Shown one piece after another: positions 63,535-64,000 of a stretch of DNA of 64,000 nucleotides. The stretch spans positions 36,276,559 to 36,340,558 of the forward strand of contig NC_068999.1 of the NCBI RefSeq assembly GCF_001194135.2, given 5' to 3'. The notes under the pieces are model-generated. The model was not told where the DNA came from. It did not search any database and was given only the letters and a program-made list of their open reading frames with translations. This stretch comes from Octopus bimaculoides (taxonomy: Eukaryota). The translations under genes and the position numbers were made by a program. Position 1 is the first letter of the stretch; the number at the start of each line of letters is the position of its first letter.

Positions 63535-63884
63535 GAAGAGGTGATGGCTTTTAAAGAAGGGTTTTAGACCCACATCGATCATCAATGGCTGTGGAATTTC
63601 ACCAGAAAGTTCCCTTCTGAGGCAAGGTTGTTTATGGAAGACCAGCAGTTGCCCATGCATACCAGCTTCTCTCCACACCACCGATGGTATCCAAGGCAAA
63701 GGCAAGGGGTGATACAGTTTGGCACCAGTGACGTCGCAACTCATTTCTACTGATGTGTGAACTGGATCAGCATGAAATAAAGTGTCTTGCTCAAGAATAC
63801 AACACACAGCCCGGTCCGGGAACCGAACTCGCTAGCTCATGATTGTGAGCCTGACGCTCTAACTACTGAGTCATGCGCCTTCAC
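63535..63884 (-). mobile_element. tRNA-headed SINE family C, full length
   Basis: Minus strand starts GTGAAGGCGCATGACTCAGTAGTTAGAGCG (A box) with GAGTTCGGTTCC (B box); body matches 2105-2423. Confidence 0.85.
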
Positions 63885-64000
63885 CCACGCCATTTTTAGT
63901 CATAATTATGTTTCATTGACATCAATCCAGTTCTTAAACTGTACATCGATAAAATATATCGGTTCAAAGGGTTTTATTGCGTCATGTTCGCTTTAACAGA

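Overview
Eukaryotic, AT-rich draft-assembly DNA with 19 N-gaps (about 7.4 kb, nearly all flanked by TA/TG/CT/TATG microsatellites). The repeat content resembles a coleoid cephalopod (Octopus-like) genome; this is inference from recalled repeat families, not a database result. No complete host protein-coding gene can be supported, and most long ORFs in the track are microsatellite or N-run artefacts. The window is mainly decayed mobile DNA. It holds a full-length inactivated mariner with TIRs and TA duplication plus a second mariner fragment, Chapaev-3-like DNA transposon pieces and a probable non-autonomous Helitron. It also holds Tx1/L1-, CR1-, R4/Dong- and RTE-like LINE fragments, three Penelope-like (GIY-YIG) remnants and dozens of copies of four tRNA-headed SINE families. 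The most interesting signals are hammerhead-ribozyme motifs lying downstream of, and on the same strand as, two Penelope remnants. One (9534-9609, minus) has a perfect catalytic core and an extended helix II. The other (44511-44543, plus) carries an apparently compensated A3:U8 swap of the C3:G8 tertiary pair. Other leads are a 3' tail shared by a CR1 LINE and a SINE, a double C2H2 finger ORF end, two isolated candidate exons (40544-40641 plus, signal-peptide-like; 49772-49822 minus) and promoter-like islands near 49.5-50 kb and 61.4-61.5 kb.
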